A stretch of 32,000 nucleotides of DNA from contig CP006868.1 of assembly GCA_025340205.1 (NCBI GenBank), forward strand, positions 750,001-782,000, in the 5' to 3' direction. The DNA is from Ignicoccus pacificus DSM 13166. Lineage in GTDB: Archaea; Thermoproteota; Thermoprotei_A; Sulfolobales; Ignicoccaceae. Position 1 is the first letter of the stretch. Every line of letters starts with the position of its first letter. Under the pieces are notes generated by a model. The model was not told the origin of the DNA, did no database searches, and saw only the letters and a list, made by a program, of their open reading frames with translations. Below, one piece after another: positions 16,780 through 25,752 of the stretch. The translations under genes and the position numbers were made by a program.

Positions 16780-17151
16780 TTATTCGCTAGTGGTATTCTC
16801 TTCTAATAATATCTTAACTTTTTCAATAATGGCTTCCATTTCTTCTTCACTTAACTCCACATCGGGAGAGATGTCAAGCATCACTCTTAGAAGGCCCTTT
16901 TCAGTAGGACATATGTTTTCAATAACTACACGAACTTCCTCTTCTAGCCCTAGCTCTTGAAGGAATTGATCTAACTCTCTTACTTTATCTACATCACACT
17001 TGGTTATTAGTCTCAATAACCTTACCGCTCTATCAATTAGCCTATATTCTAGCTTCGATACTTCGGGACCTAGCTCCTTCCATCTCTTCTCGAGTATTGA
17101 AAGTGCCTCTGCGTTTGGAATGAATCTCGCCTCGAGTTGCTCCTTCGTCAA
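16780..17151 (-). CDS. rpo4: DNA-directed RNA polymerase subunit F (Rpo4/Rpb4)
   Basis: RLLRLITKCDVDKVRELDQFLQELGLEEEVRVVIENICPTEKGLLRVMLDISPDVELSEEEMEAIIEKVKILL resembles archaeal RpoF (E/KCDAE...EDVRAVLASICPT...VRSIL). Confidence 0.82.
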   Translation of the reverse strand: MTKEQLEARFIPNAEALSILEKRWKELGPEVSKLEYRLIDRAVRLLRLITKCDVDKVRELDQFLQELGLEEEVRVVIENICPTEKGLLRVMLDISPDVELSEEEMEAIIEKVKILLEENTTSE

Positions 17152-17539
17152 TCCCGTATCCCCTCCTTCCTTCGAGAGCTGAGTTTATGAGAAGTTCTTT
17201 CTTCAATTTCTCCAGTCTGATCCATTCCTTTATTCCGTTGTTAAGCTTGTAAACCCAGAGTCCGTCAGGAGTCTTCGTTTTTACTATCACACCGGCCTTC
17301 ACTAGCTCAGTAATATGAAAGTTTATTCTTTCAATTTCTGACGGCAAATAGTAGTCTCTAAGGGCGTTAGCTAAAGCTTCCCAAACGACCCCCCTACGTG
17401 ACCTACTTAGATAGAGTACTATGGCAAGACGTGCTGGATGTCCCAAGGCCTTGAAAATCCTCGCTACCTCCTCGATGCTCACTCTCTTTGCCCCACATGT
17501 TATGCATAATCTAGTATATGAGGTTTGGTATTGCGCCAA
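17042..17539 (-). CDS. ArsR-like winged helix-turn-helix protein; C-terminal end uncertain
   Basis: VSIEEVARIFKALGHPARLAIVLYLSRSRRGVVWEALANAL...INFHITELVKAGVIVKTKTPDGLWVYKLN. The last ~37 residues are read in another frame over rpo4. Confidence 0.6.
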   Translation of the reverse strand: MAQYQTSYTRLCITCGAKRVSIEEVARIFKALGHPARLAIVLYLSRSRRGVVWEALANALRDYYLPSEIERINFHITELVKAGVIVKTKTPDGLWVYKLNNGIKEWIRLEKLKKELLINSALEGRRGYGIDEGATRGEIHSKRRGTFNTREEMEGARSRSIEARI

Positions 17540-17648
17540 TCATATCGTAATACTCCCACGTTTTCATCCACATACAAGTTCACTTTCTGTTCTCATTTAC
17601 CGAAGCCTTAAAGGGCACTGGGATGGTCCTTCGGACAGGTAGATTGTA

Positions 17649-19457
17649 ATGGGCTTGAACACCAAGACTAGTGCCGGTAAGGTACTACTGCTGGCGGTTA
17701 TAGCGACCTTCGTTCTATCATTCATCGTCTACGCTAACTTCAAAATAACTGAAATTCAAGGCCCGTTGGCAAAAGTTGTCGAAAAGATAATCTTAGGGTT
17801 TCAAATAAAACATTGCGAAACATTTAAGTTCCTACATGAGAATCAACACGAACTTAGCGCGTTGGTTAGTAAATCCATAGTATCTAACCTAACCAAAGCG
17901 GCCGAGCTCAAGTGTCCGGCAGACATAAATTCGATAACTACAGCGCTGGCGGAAGCTATAGCTACCACCGCATTCGTCACCGCGGTCCTCGGCACGCTGC
18001 TGTTCTGGAGAAAGAGATTATCGTATGTAATGCTTGGAGTTGCTGCACTCTTATTCTTCGGAGTTGCTCCCTATGAGCTGATAATTGAACATATGGAATT
18101 AGGGTTAATATTATTCTTAATTTCGATGATGGTAATAGTGGAGTACCTAAGTGAAAACGGGGTACTTGAATGGATTACGGTAAGACTCATAAAGCTAAGT
18201 AAATTCCGACCAATACCCTTCGTAATTATCTTGGCGTTTCTAAGTTGGCTCATGGCAGCATTGGTAGATGAAGTAACGAGTATAGTCTTCGTAACTAAGA
18301 TAGTAATATCAATAGCCGGTTTACTAGCAGTCGAACCAATTCCGTTGATAATATATTCAGTGATGGCAACAAACATAGGTTCGGCCGCTACTATGATCGG
18401 AAACCCTATAGGAATATACATAGCGTTGCAATCAGGTAAGTCCTTCGAACACTTTATAGAATGGGCTACTCCCGGAAGCTTACTGGCGTTGCTAGCACTG
18501 ATACCTATAGGTGCTATATGGCTAAGGAAACACGGCCTTTTCAACGCACTTAAGAAGGTTAGTTCAATAGACACTTCAAAGAGCTTAGATGAGTGGAATA
18601 TATTCGAGGGAGTTGATTCTAGCAAAGTAAAAGCATATATTGCCAGAAAGAAGCCGTTCTTCGTAAGCTGGTTGGCTGGGAACATAGAGGATCCAAGAAC
18701 TCCCCTCACTCCAGAAGAGGAGAAGTTGATAGCATCATATCTAAAGAAGTTCACTGAGGGTTGGATCTTCTTCATAACTGTAATATTACTAATAGCCTTC
18801 CATACACTAATAGCTTCAGCGCTCAACGCTTTCCTAGATCTTCTCTATTCAATAGGAGGTGTACATAGCATTCACGCGACCATAACACCGGACGCTGTGC
18901 TAATATTTACTCCAATAATTATAGCAGCAATAGTAATGCTCAAGCACGAGGAGCCGAGAAAGCTCATCGAGCATGGTGTGGAATGGTGGACTTTAGTGTT
19001 CTTCATGTTCCTATTCGCTATAGCATCTGCCCTTAGTTACACAGGTGTAACCGATAAGTTGGCATTCGCCTTAGTGCAGAGCACAGGAGGACTGACCTTA
19101 GGAGCGACTATAATCTTAGCAATAATGATAGCCATAATTTCAGCTATAATCTCAGCGTTCCTCGACAACATGCCCGTAGTAGTAGCGTTAAGTCCTGTCG
19201 TAAAGACGTTAATTGAAATAGGATTACCGGGAGGTGATATGCTTTGGTGGGCTCTGCTTTATGGAGCTACTATGGGTGGCAACATGACTATGATCGGAAG
19301 TACCGCTAACATCGTAGCACTAGGAATTTTAGAGAAAGAAGGTTACAGAGAAGTCAAATTTATGGAATGGTTCAAGATAGGAATTATTGTAGTTACTATT
19401 ACCTTAGGCCTCGCTTTAGCACAACTGATCCTTCATGGTCTCTTGGTCTATTCATAA
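17649..19457 (+). CDS. ArsB/NhaD (ion transporter superfamily) permease
   Basis: Multi-TM with FLSWLMAALVDEVTSIVFVTKIVISIAGLLAVEPIPLIIYSVMATNIGSAATMIGNPIGIYIA and AFLDNMPVVVALSPVV...WWALLYGATMGGNMTMIGSTANIVALGILE (duplicated NhaD/ArsB half-motifs). Confidence 0.88.
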   Translation: MGLNTKTSAGKVLLLAVIATFVLSFIVYANFKITEIQGPLAKVVEKIILGFQIKHCETFKFLHENQHELSALVSKSIVSNLTKAAELKCPADINSITTALAEAIATTAFVTAVLGTLLFWRKRLSYVMLGVAALLFFGVAPYELIIEHMELGLILFLISMMVIVEYLSENGVLEWITVRLIKLSKFRPIPFVIILAFLSWLMAALVDEVTSIVFVTKIVISIAGLLAVEPIPLIIYSVMATNIGSAATMIGNPIGIYIALQSGKSFEHFIEWATPGSLLALLALIPIGAIWLRKHGLFNALKKVSSIDTSKSLDEWNIFEGVDSSKVKAYIARKKPFFVSWLAGNIEDPRTPLTPEEEKLIASYLKKFTEGWIFFITVILLIAFHTLIASALNAFLDLLYSIGGVHSIHATITPDAVLIFTPIIIAAIVMLKHEEPRKLIEHGVEWWTLVFFMFLFAIASALSYTGVTDKLAFALVQSTGGLTLGATIILAIMIAIISAIISAFLDNMPVVVALSPVVKTLIEIGLPGGDMLWWALLYGATMGGNMTMIGSTANIVALGILEKEGYREVKFMEWFKIGIIVVTITLGLALAQLILHGLLVYS

Positions 19458-19836
19458 CTATCACAATGGCTTTACTTCCATGCATCCTCGAGTTTTTGAT
19501 GCTTCTTCTACAATAATCTATAGCAGCCTTGTTACTTCGTATAATGAAGGTTCTTTCGTCTCTTCTCTCGCTTTTCCTAACTACTAATGAACATTTGTCT
19601 TCTATTTTATTACACAATCCCTCAAGACAAAGAAATCCGAAATGATCTATTATACACATAACTACTTGATCAATAGTTTCACATAACCTGTTAAGTTCTT
19701 CAATATTATGAGAAGACGCGACAAGTATTATACAGTCTCCTCGAGGAGTAAGCCTTTCCTCGCAAGTAATTTCAAGCGTTGAAGGATGCATTGCTTGAAC
19801 GTTTGCATGAAAACGAGCATGGAAGATTACGATCAT
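19399..19836 (-). CDS. DUF371 family protein
   Basis: FHARFHANVQAMHPSTLEITCEERLTPRGDCIILVASSHNIEELN fits the DUF371 pattern (ARGH.NV.ATH..TLE.T.E..LTPRGDCIIGV). Confidence 0.78.
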   Translation of the reverse strand: MIVIFHARFHANVQAMHPSTLEITCEERLTPRGDCIILVASSHNIEELNRLCETIDQVVMCIIDHFGFLCLEGLCNKIEDKCSLVVRKSERRDERTFIIRSNKAAIDYCRRSIKNSRMHGSKAIVIVMNRPRDHEGSVVLKRGLR

Positions 19837-20189
19837 TCTCTAACTGCCTCCAGATATCTCTGGTACAACGTCTCAACAATGAGAGGATGATCTCCTAGCG
19901 CCTTAGCGTAAACGACCTTCTTCCTGTTTCCTACTACCTCTTCTACCTTTCTCCTAATGTCTTGCACCACGTGACTTCCCTCGGCGATAAAGAAAGGCAC
20001 TATTACCAAGATATCGTCATTAGCAGCTGCCTTCTTGATTGCATCCTCTATCGAGGGTTTACCCATGAGGAATCCTACGTAAACTCTCTTAACGTCTTCT
20101 TTGTTTTCTAACTCTTTGGCCACTTTCAATACTATTTCTTGAAACTTAGGGTTCTTACTGCCATGCGCTATTAGCACAAAGGCTGTCAA
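19833..20189 (-). CDS. cbiX: CbiX-type (short) sirohydrochlorin cobaltochelatase family protein
   Basis: MTAFVLIAHGSKNPKFQEIVLKVAKELE...VYVGFLMGKPSIEDAIKKA...ILVIVPFFIAEGSHVVQDI. Confidence 0.88.
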   Translation of the reverse strand: MTAFVLIAHGSKNPKFQEIVLKVAKELENKEDVKRVYVGFLMGKPSIEDAIKKAAANDDILVIVPFFIAEGSHVVQDIRRKVEEVVGNRKKVVYAKALGDHPLIVETLYQRYLEAVRE

Positions 20190-20971
20190 TCCATTGTGCC
20201 TTGAGGGAGGAGGGACCTCAATTCTATAAGCTTTTCATAAAACTTACGAGGTTTCATTCTAGCGAAGATTACACTAGGTCCATCTAAGCTTATTTCCATT
20301 TCCTCCTCATGAAGTTCTCTTACACCATCAATTAGTACTAAGACTTCGTCTTTAGGATATTCTACACTTACATAGAGTTTTAGGGAGGGAGGGAATACGA
20401 CGCTCCTCACGTTCAAGTGTATGGGGTTTACAGGAACCAATAGGATTACCTCTGCCCTTGGATCTACTAGAGGTCCTCCCGCCGAGAGCGCGTAGGCTGT
20501 GGATCCTAGCGTGGTAGAAACTATTACACCATCTCCTTCAAGGCCCTTATAGACCCACGTATCCTCTGTCTTGATATCTACCTTGGTGACTCTCCTACCC
20601 TTAGTCAATATAGCTACTTCATTGACTGCGTAGTAGTCGTTCACCCTCAATCTTCTATGCCTCTCTGCCCAGTACTCACCTGCGAGAAACCTATCGAGAG
20701 CTTCCTTCACCTCACTGGGATCAGTATCGAGTAAGAATGCCCTTCGACCAGCTCTTATGGTAAGGATTGGAGGTGTCTCACAGTAGGCTGATGAGAGTGT
20801 GTAGAGAAGGGTCCCATCACCGCCGATCACTATCAAACCATCAGCTTCACACGGAGAACACCGCGGAAAGATACAGTATTTTATTCCTCTGCTCTTTAAC
20901 TCCTCGATAATCTTATCTGTTAAGTTCTTAGCTAAGTTGGACCCTGGCTTCCATGAGACGACCACCTTCAT
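20186..20971 (-). CDS. nadK: NAD kinase
   Basis: ADGLIVIGGDGTLLYTL (GGDG), RAGRRAFLLD, DGVIVSTTLGSTAYALSAGGPLVDP. Confidence 0.95.
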   Translation of the reverse strand: MKVVVSWKPGSNLAKNLTDKIIEELKSRGIKYCIFPRCSPCEADGLIVIGGDGTLLYTLSSAYCETPPILTIRAGRRAFLLDTDPSEVKEALDRFLAGEYWAERHRRLRVNDYYAVNEVAILTKGRRVTKVDIKTEDTWVYKGLEGDGVIVSTTLGSTAYALSAGGPLVDPRAEVILLVPVNPIHLNVRSVVFPPSLKLYVSVEYPKDEVLVLIDGVRELHEEEMEISLDGPSVIFARMKPRKFYEKLIELRSLLPQGTMD

Positions 20972-21033
20972 GAGATATCTTCCAGCAAGTCTAAGCTTTA
21001 GACAAAGCTATAGCCCTTCGCAAACGGATAGCT

Positions 21034-21366
21034 ATGAACGTAGATTGGCTAATCCCCGTCCTGAAGTTGGTTAACGATTATTGTAGTTTGTCAGAAATAT
21101 CTAAGCAACTCGACCTCCCTACTTCTACCCTTCGGAAGGCGATCTTCGTGGCAAGGAGGTTAGGATTGGTAGAGAAGGACGATTGTCTGCGATTGACAGA
21201 AAGCGGCCAAGAGCTTTTGTCTAACTACGATATTTTGCAGAGGTGCGGCAAGAAGTTCTATTTAAAGAAGACCGACGGATGTATATTAGTTTTGGTGAGG
21301 AGGAAGAAAGGCTTCAAGGCTATTCGTATTCCTTGTGATAACGTTCCCTCTTGTAATTCCTCCTAG
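21034..21366 (+). CDS. winged helix-turn-helix DNA-binding protein
   Basis: CSLSEISKQLDLPTSTLRKAIFVARRLGLVEKDDCLRLTESGQELL. Confidence 0.65.
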   Translation: MNVDWLIPVLKLVNDYCSLSEISKQLDLPTSTLRKAIFVARRLGLVEKDDCLRLTESGQELLSNYDILQRCGKKFYLKKTDGCILVLVRRKKGFKAIRIPCDNVPSCNSS

Positions 21367-21745
21367 GATACCTACCGCTCCTCCTCTGTCCTCTGTATCC
21401 TCCTTCTGCTTTAGGAGTGGTCTCAGGTATCTCCTCGACCTCGGGGGCTTCCTCATCCGGCAATTTCTCTATTTCGGTTCTCCTGTTCACGTTAACTTGG
21501 ACTTCTCCCTTAAAGGACGTCGTCCAACCGTCTCTAATTTCGACCACTTCGCCTTCTTTTAACGTTCCAGCCTTATCGCCCCATAAGGTCACTTTCACCC
21601 TTCCCGTCTCATCTCCTACTATTGCTTCGCTTAGCTCCCTGGGACCATACTTAGTTTGGACTGTTCTAGTCTCACTAACCTCAATTACTCTACCCTTAAT
21701 CGTAACACTACGACCCTCCTTTAGATCAGATATCTTATCTACCAA
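21320..21745 (-). CDS. ssb: single-stranded DNA-binding protein, single OB-fold crenarchaeal type
   Basis: VTIKGRVIEVSETRTVQTKYGPRELSEAIVGDETGRVKVTLWGDKAGTLKEGEVVEIRDGWTTSFKGEVQVNVNRRTEIEKLPD closely resembles Sulfolobus SSB, with a basic/Gly-rich tail GGYRGQRRSGRYPRRNYKRER. Confidence 0.93.
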   Translation of the reverse strand: MVDKISDLKEGRSVTIKGRVIEVSETRTVQTKYGPRELSEAIVGDETGRVKVTLWGDKAGTLKEGEVVEIRDGWTTSFKGEVQVNVNRRTEIEKLPDEEAPEVEEIPETTPKAEGGYRGQRRSGRYPRRNYKRERYHKEYE

Positions 21746-21792
21746 CTATCCCACACTCTGAACATAACTTAGAGAAGTATATGAGTTGGCAC

Positions 21793-22374
21793 TTATGATA
21801 TTATCGCGCCTAACATGCTGGCTATTATGTGAGCAGCGATACCGAGACTCAAGTATTGGAGAGCTATTCTGATAGGGGATGTATCTTTCCCTATATAAAG
21901 TCCTAAGAGAAAGAGCTCTATATGTGCCATGACCAAACTCCACAGAACTGCTTGGTGTGTGACAAGTAATCCTCTGAGGGCCAAGAAGAGTGGTGTTATT
22001 GCGATCAATGGCAAACCTAAGGAACCTAAAAGGCTCCAAAGGGCAACGTATATAGAAGCGTAGTTTACGACCCTAGCATACATTGTATTATCTAACTTCT
22101 TCATCATACTTTTTTCCAACTCCTTTAACTCTTTCAATCTCTCACTCCTTTCGGTGATCATGACACCAAGGAATCCACTAAGTAATCCAAGCGAGAGGGC
22201 TCCTCCCAAGACTGCACCTAGGTATACGTTTGGGTTCTCACTATGAGATATCGAGCTAGTACCGCTCAAGACACCTATGGCTGAGAGTAACGCGTCGACA
22301 CCGTTGGTGGCAAAGACTCTCCTTGCTATTTCATCAATTTTCAAGTTCTTTAGCATTCTTAATACTCGCGCCAT
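21793..22374 (-). CDS. VIT1/CCC1-like membrane protein
   Basis: IDEIARRVFATNGVDALLSAIGVLSGTSS...YLGAVLGGALSLGLLSGFLGVMITERSERLKELKELEKSM: VIT-like first helices and multiple hydrophobic segments. Confidence 0.6.
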   Translation of the reverse strand: MARVLRMLKNLKIDEIARRVFATNGVDALLSAIGVLSGTSSISHSENPNVYLGAVLGGALSLGLLSGFLGVMITERSERLKELKELEKSMMKKLDNTMYARVVNYASIYVALWSLLGSLGLPLIAITPLFLALRGLLVTHQAVLWSLVMAHIELFLLGLYIGKDTSPIRIALQYLSLGIAAHIIASMLGAIIS

Positions 22375-22466
22375 TCCTTACCGCTAGGTCTTCAACTCTC
22401 TGACGTTATGTGCTCAGTGCCCAGCTGAATCCTCATAGCCTAAGCTCGGTTCCGCCGTAGGTAACA

Positions 22467-22754
22467 TCACCGCACCTTTATTGGTATCGTGGTGTTTATC
22501 GTTGCGTTGGGTGTAATATATTTAGCTATGGTAGCAATGATGAAGAACACAGTACTACCGAGAGCTAACCACAAAGCTGCTATAACAGCATCCTCTATCA
22601 TGCTGTTCCCAAATTTCTTTATTCGGAGTATGGGTATAGGCGCTCCTCTCAGTGCCCATCCAATAACCCAAGAAAGGCCTACCAATGCCCACGCGATGAT
22701 CATAGCTTTCATGGTCCAATCATATATAATGTTTACGTAACTTTGGATGTCCAT
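22467..22754 (-). CDS. small two-TM membrane protein, unknown function
   Basis: MDIQSYVNIIYDWTMKAMIIAWALVGLSWVIGWALRGAPIPILRIKKFGNSMIEDAVIAALWLALGSTVFFIIATIAKYI. Start moved to ATG 22754 (preceded by GGGTG) from the track's 22796. Confidence 0.55.
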   Translation of the reverse strand: MDIQSYVNIIYDWTMKAMIIAWALVGLSWVIGWALRGAPIPILRIKKFGNSMIEDAVIAALWLALGSTVFFIIATIAKYITPNATINTTIPIKVR

Positions 22755-22856
22755 CTTCGAGCACCCGGTAAATCTAAATCTAATTGTAACCGTCACAGTG
22801 GCTATCGAAACTTCAAACCAAAAAGATGGGTAGAGGACTTGGAATAGGGATTAAAG

Positions 22857-23279
22857 ATGAGCAACGGCAATAAGCTGGACGAAGCTAGCAAGGAAAAAAT
22901 AAAGGAAGAAATAATCGAAAAGGTGCTCAAGAAGGTTCATGATCCGGAGATACCGATAAGCGTATGGGATCTGGGTCTCATCTATAACCTAGACATTGAT
23001 GATGAGGGTGTAGTGCACTTGAAGATGACTCTAACCTCACCAGCATGTCCTGTCGCCGGTCAAATACTTTGGCAGATAGTGAATGGGATAAAGGCGATAC
23101 CCGGTGTGAAGGACGTTGACCTCGATTTAGTCTTTGATCCTCCTTGGACCCCTTTCAAGATAACAGAGGAAGGAAGGAAAAAGTTCAAGGAGTTATATGG
23201 TTATGATATCGTGGAAGAGTACAAGGCAAAGTATGGCGATGAAAAGGGATACCTCAAGGCAATGGGTTACATTGATTAG
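22857..23279 (+). CDS. MIP18/DUF59 family metal-sulfur cluster assembly protein (PaaD/SufT-like)
   Basis: VLKKVHDPEIPISVWDLGLIYNLDIDDEGVVHLKMTLTSPACPVAGQILWQIVNGIKAIPGVKDVDLDLVFDPPWTPFKITEEGRKK. Confidence 0.92.
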   Translation: MSNGNKLDEASKEKIKEEIIEKVLKKVHDPEIPISVWDLGLIYNLDIDDEGVVHLKMTLTSPACPVAGQILWQIVNGIKAIPGVKDVDLDLVFDPPWTPFKITEEGRKKFKELYGYDIVEEYKAKYGDEKGYLKAMGYID

Positions 23280-23797
23280 TCCCTTTCCATAAGCTTTTTC
23301 AATCTATGAGGTATTTTTAATTCCTCGATGACTTCCGCCGTACATCTGGGTATATAATTCTTCCATTCTTCGCCCTTGATCATCATTAGTCTTATGTTTG
23401 TCGCTACATATTTCTCTCTGTCAAAGGGCGGCGGTTCTAATATACTGTAGCCCGCTTCCTCAAACAATATCTTAACCAAGGGATTTCTACTTACAACGTA
23501 CTGAAACGGTGGCACATAGGTCTTTACATGAGCTACCCACGCTGAATTCATAAGGATGTCCGGCACTGGTATTAAGTATATTCTCTTGAGGTCTACTCCC
23601 TCGCACTCAAGTCCCTTCCTAATAGCCAATATCCTCTCGCCCGCAGTCATAGGATTTTGTAGGGTGTGACTTTCTTGGGCGCTACCGATCACTATTATAG
23701 CCTCATTTACTCTCTCTAAGGTCCACTTAACTAATTGTAAATGACCTTTATGAAAAGGTTGGAATCTTCCCGGTATCACTGCCCTAAGCACTTTCAA
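23276..23797 (-). CDS. nadM: archaeal nicotinamide-nucleotide adenylyltransferase
   Basis: GRFQPFHKGHLQLVKWTLERVNEAIIVIGSAQESHTLQNPMTAGERI...RNPLVKILFEEAGY: (H/K)GH nucleotidyltransferase motif. Confidence 0.94.
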   Translation of the reverse strand: MKVLRAVIPGRFQPFHKGHLQLVKWTLERVNEAIIVIGSAQESHTLQNPMTAGERILAIRKGLECEGVDLKRIYLIPVPDILMNSAWVAHVKTYVPPFQYVVSRNPLVKILFEEAGYSILEPPPFDREKYVATNIRLMMIKGEEWKNYIPRCTAEVIEELKIPHRLKKLMERD

Positions 23798-24575
23798 TTG
23801 TCACCTCCATTCCTTCTCGAAGACCAAGGGTTTGAGAAGCGCTACCCAGATACTTCGCTATCTCGACGTACCCAAAGCTATTGAGGTAAACAGCTAGTTT
23901 TCCTTCCTCAACTTCTGAAAACGTTTTCACGACTTTGGCTTTCCATTTCCTATTTATAAGAACTTCATCTCCATACTCAAATGGAAGTTCTCTTGCCCAA
24001 GTCATTACGTTGCCGAAATGATCTACGTAAACTACTGTGGTCTCAATTCGCTTCTTCTCGATCTTTCTCTTTAAAGCTATAGGCAGTTCAATTAACTTTG
24101 TGGACGGTCCTAGTTCATTGATATCGTATCCACACTCCAGGAGCGCCCCGGCGGGAACAAAGATATCCCTGCCGTGAAATGTAAAGGATTTATACTTACT
24201 CACTTCTTTCTCTATTTTAACAATCTCCTTGAGACCATACTCTTTAGCAGCTAGCCACAACACTCCGTTGTTGGGGGCTACAACATACCACCTTCCTATT
24301 TTAGCTGCAACGGCTTCCCTTCTGCTTCCCACTCCAGGATCAACGACTACGACAAGGGTGGAATTATCCGGGAGGTGAGGTAAGGTAACTAAAGTTGCTA
24401 CTGCACCTTCAAGTACGTTAAATTTCTCGATACCATGTGTTATGTCGACTACGTCCGCTTTTTGACATATATCCTTTGCGACGACTCTTAGTATACCAGC
24501 GTAAACGTCCTTGTAACCGTAGTCTGTGATTAGCCCTAACACGCTATACCTCCCGGAGTGGGAAGCTTGGGGCAT
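23784..24575 (-). CDS. SAM hydroxide adenosyltransferase (DUF62 / chlorinase-fluorinase-like fold)
   Basis: VLGLITDYGYKDVYAGILRVVAKDICQKADVVDITHGIEKFNVLEGAVATLV...VVVVDPGVGSRREAVAAKIG...YVVAPNNGVLW...FHGRDIFVPAGALL...VVYVDHFGNVMT. The true start may be a GTG nearer VLGLITDYG. Confidence 0.9.
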   Translation of the reverse strand: MPQASHSGRYSVLGLITDYGYKDVYAGILRVVAKDICQKADVVDITHGIEKFNVLEGAVATLVTLPHLPDNSTLVVVVDPGVGSRREAVAAKIGRWYVVAPNNGVLWLAAKEYGLKEIVKIEKEVSKYKSFTFHGRDIFVPAGALLECGYDINELGPSTKLIELPIALKRKIEKKRIETTVVYVDHFGNVMTWARELPFEYGDEVLINRKWKAKVVKTFSEVEEGKLAVYLNSFGYVEIAKYLGSASQTLGLREGMEVTIESA

Positions 24576-24621
24576 GATTAACTATATACTAAATGCGGGG
24601 GATCACGATGGGTTTCGAGCA

Positions 24622-25752
24622 TTGGAGTGGAAGCAACTCCTCTTACCAGGACCGGTAACTCTTCATCCTGACGTCCAGTTATCCCAAGCACTTCCCATGA
24701 TAAATCACAGAGGTACAGAGTTCAGAGAACTAATGAGACAAGTCATATCAAAGTTGAGAAAAATATATGGATGCGACTGTGACATAGCCCTCCTCACCGC
24801 ATCTGGAACAGGAGCAATAGAAGCCATGTTGATTAACTTCCTAGCACCCAACGAAAAACTCCTAGTAGTCCAAACCGGAGTCTTTAGTGATAGGATGGCT
24901 AAGATTGCTAAGACTCTAGGTATGGAAGTCGAGTTAATCGAGCCGAAAGAAGGTGAAGGAATTACCCCAGAGGAGTTAGATAGCGTGATGAAGAGGGTTA
25001 AGCCTGATGCAGTAGGCGTAGTTGCAAACGAGACCAGTACTGGTGTTGCTCATAAGAATTTAGAAGAGCTAGCAAAGGTCGTCCACTCTAACGATGCAAT
25101 TATTCTCGTTGATGCTGTTAGCTACCTAGGAGGTCATGAGCTTCATATGGATAGTATGGATCTGGATGCCGTAGCTTCCGCTACTCAAAAGGCACTCATG
25201 TCGCCTCCAGGACTCTCCTTTGTAGCTTATAGAGAAAGAGCTGCTCAGAGGCTCCAAGAGGTTCCGAGACGTTCCGTATACTGGGATTTCTTAAGTTATA
25301 AGAAGTTCTACGACGAAAAGCATGAAACGCCGGCCACGCCAGCCGTGAGCACTATGTTTGCACTAAACAAGGCGTTGGACATAATCCTTGAAATAGGTTT
25401 AAGCAACTGGATAAACAGACATAGAGCGTTCGCTGAAGCGTTAAACTTTGCCATAGAAAGATCCGGTGGAAAGGTCTATCCGCATCCTAATTGGCGTTCG
25501 AACACTATTGTGGTTCCATACGTACCCGAAGGAATGACTCCAGCTATGGTTAAGAACTTGGCCAAAGAGAAGTGGGGGCTTGAAATAGGATCTGGTGGTT
25601 GGAAGATCAAGGAGAAAACCGTTAGGATAGGCACCATGGGATGGTATGGTAGAAACGTGGTCTATAGAGCGATAAGAATGATCGTTGACATTTACGGTGG
25701 AGAAAAGAGTGTTGCGGAGGAGGCCTTCGATTATTACTTATCGCTACTCTGA
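24622..25752 (+). CDS. class V aminotransferase (alanine-glyoxylate / serine-pyruvate type)
   Basis: LLLPGPVTLHPDVQLSQALPMINHRGTEFRELM...LLTASGTGAIEAMLINFL...VGVVANETSTGVAHKNLEELAKV...IILVDAVSYLGGHEL...SATQKALMSPPGLSF. Start placed at TTG 24622; the track starts at 24526 and would overlap the divergent gene. Confidence 0.9.
   Translation: MEWKQLLLPGPVTLHPDVQLSQALPMINHRGTEFRELMRQVISKLRKIYGCDCDIALLTASGTGAIEAMLINFLAPNEKLLVVQTGVFSDRMAKIAKTLGMEVELIEPKEGEGITPEELDSVMKRVKPDAVGVVANETSTGVAHKNLEELAKVVHSNDAIILVDAVSYLGGHELHMDSMDLDAVASATQKALMSPPGLSFVAYRERAAQRLQEVPRRSVYWDFLSYKKFYDEKHETPATPAVSTMFALNKALDIILEIGLSNWINRHRAFAEALNFAIERSGGKVYPHPNWRSNTIVVPYVPEGMTPAMVKNLAKEKWGLEIGSGGWKIKEKTVRIGTMGWYGRNVVYRAIRMIVDIYGGEKSVAEEAFDYYLSLL

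Noticed and set aside
17605-17639. Inverted arms CCGAAG...CTTCGG upstream of the permease
   Set aside because: Arms of only 6 bp with a long (>20 nt) loop; expected by chance and lacking supporting context.
18071-18826. Minus-strand 251-aa ORF
   Set aside because: Long, but fully antisense to the ArsB/NhaD permease with its duplicated family motifs, and has no plausible family of its own.
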